A program made the position numbers and the translations under genes. From Squalus acanthias (taxonomy: Eukaryota), in contig CM059425.1 of the NCBI GenBank assembly GCA_030390025.1, positions 171,494,001 to 171,558,000 of the forward strand: a stretch of DNA of 64,000 nt, given 5' to 3'. Below the pieces are notes generated by a model. It worked only from the letters and a program-made list of their open reading frames with translations, was not told the origin of the DNA and ran no database searches. Shown here one piece after another: positions 62,881-64,000 of this stretch. Positions within the stretch are counted from its first letter, which is position 1; every line of letters starts with the position of its first letter.

Positions 62881-63999
62881 CCTCCGGAGGGTCGCAACCC
62901 TAAGCTTGACCTGTATGCTCAAGCTGTCAGGAAATGCATCAACGCCAGATTCATCAGCCGTACTCACAAGACAGTCCAGAATGTCACCCGAGCACAACGC
63001 AACGCCATCCACGCACTCAAGACCAACCGCAACATCGTCATCAAACCAGCGGACAAAGGAGGAGCCATCGTCATACAGAACAGAATGGACTATTGCAAAG
63101 AAGCATACCGACAACTGGACAACCAGGAACACTACAGACAGCTACCCGCAGATCCAACCAAAGAACACACCCGCCAACTCAATAGACTGATCAAGACCTT
63201 CGATCCAGACCTTCAAAACATCCTACGCGCTCTCATCCCACGTACTCCCCGCGTAGGAGACTTTTACTGCCTCCCAAAGATACACAAAGCCAACACACCC
63301 GGACGTCCTATCGTATCAGGCAACGGAACCCTGTGTGAGAACCTCTCTGGGTACGTCGAGGGCATTCTGAAACCCATCGTACAGGGAACCCCCAGCTTCT
63401 GTCGCGACACTACAGACTTCTTGCAGAAACTCAGCACCCATGGACCAGTTGAACCAGGAACACTCCTCGTCACGATGGACGTATCGGCACTCTACACCAA
63501 TATCCCCCACAATGACGGCATCGCTGCGACAGCCTCAGTACTCAACACCAACAACAGCCAATCTCCGGACGCCATCCTACAACTCATCCGCTTCATCCTT
63601 GACCACAATGTCTTCACCTTCGACAACCATTTTTTTACCCAAACACACGGAACAGCCATGGGGACCAAATTCGCACCCCAATACGCCAACATCTTCATGC
63701 ACAAGTTCGAGCAAGACTTCTTCGCTGCACAGGACCTCCAACAAACGCTGTACACCAGATACATCGATGACATCTTCTTCCTTTGGACCCACGGCGAAGG
63801 ATCACTGAAAGGACTACACGATAGCATCAACAGGTTCCATCCCACCATTAAACTCACCATGGACTACTCCTCAGAATCGGTTTCATTCTTGGACACACGA
63901 ATCTCCATCAAAGACGGACGCCTCAGCACTTCACTCTACCGCAAGCCCACGGACAACCTCACGATGCTCCACTTCTCCAGCTTCCACCCTAACCACGTT
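62881..63999 (+). CDS. PLE reverse transcriptase, partial, stop-free for 373 codons (absent from the ORF track)
   Basis: Manual translation: IVIKPADKGG, FYCLPKIHK, PGRPIVS, MDVSALYTNIP, GTAMG, RYIDD, FLD, LYRKPT. Confidence 0.9.
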
Positions 64000-64000
64000 A

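Larger units (their letters stand above)
62369..64000 (+). mobile_element. Penelope-like element, family B, with an inverted 3' segment at its 5' end; runs off the window
   Basis: 62369-62880 is a minus-strand GIY-YIG C-terminus (LRQRMNGHR..PVGEHF..IEQKLI..GLN) plus tail; 62881 onward is a plus-strand RT. Confidence 0.92.

Overview
Eukaryotic, repeat-dense genomic DNA. The CR1/L2/RTE/Penelope LINEs and Deu-, Nin-, Meta- and LF-type SINEs point to a vertebrate, probably a cartilaginous fish (inference). No host protein-coding exon, tRNA, rRNA or CRISPR array could be supported, and every convincing ORF is transposon-derived. The main elements are: (1) a full-span but decayed Gypsy LTR retrotransposon (4289-12872) with 125-bp LTRs, an ACTAT TSD and a tRNA-Ser PBS, carrying a CR1 that carries another CR1; (2) a two-gene PIF/Harbinger transposon (32362-37451; Myb/SANT gene plus DDE transposase) with an RTE inside; (3) several ~700-bp Harbinger-type MITEs; (4) a near full-length CR1 with a 967-aa open ORF2; (5) a solo LTR; (6) two families of Penelope-like elements (PLEs). 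The most interesting signal is a set of minimal type-I hammerhead ribozyme motifs in the PLE tails, in two families with different stems but the same architecture. Two of these motifs sit in ~100-130-bp TSD-flanked mini-insertions that start exactly at the ribozyme, and another has been split by the Harbinger at its cleavage triplet. Boundaries not defined by a TSD, TIR or LTR are approximate.
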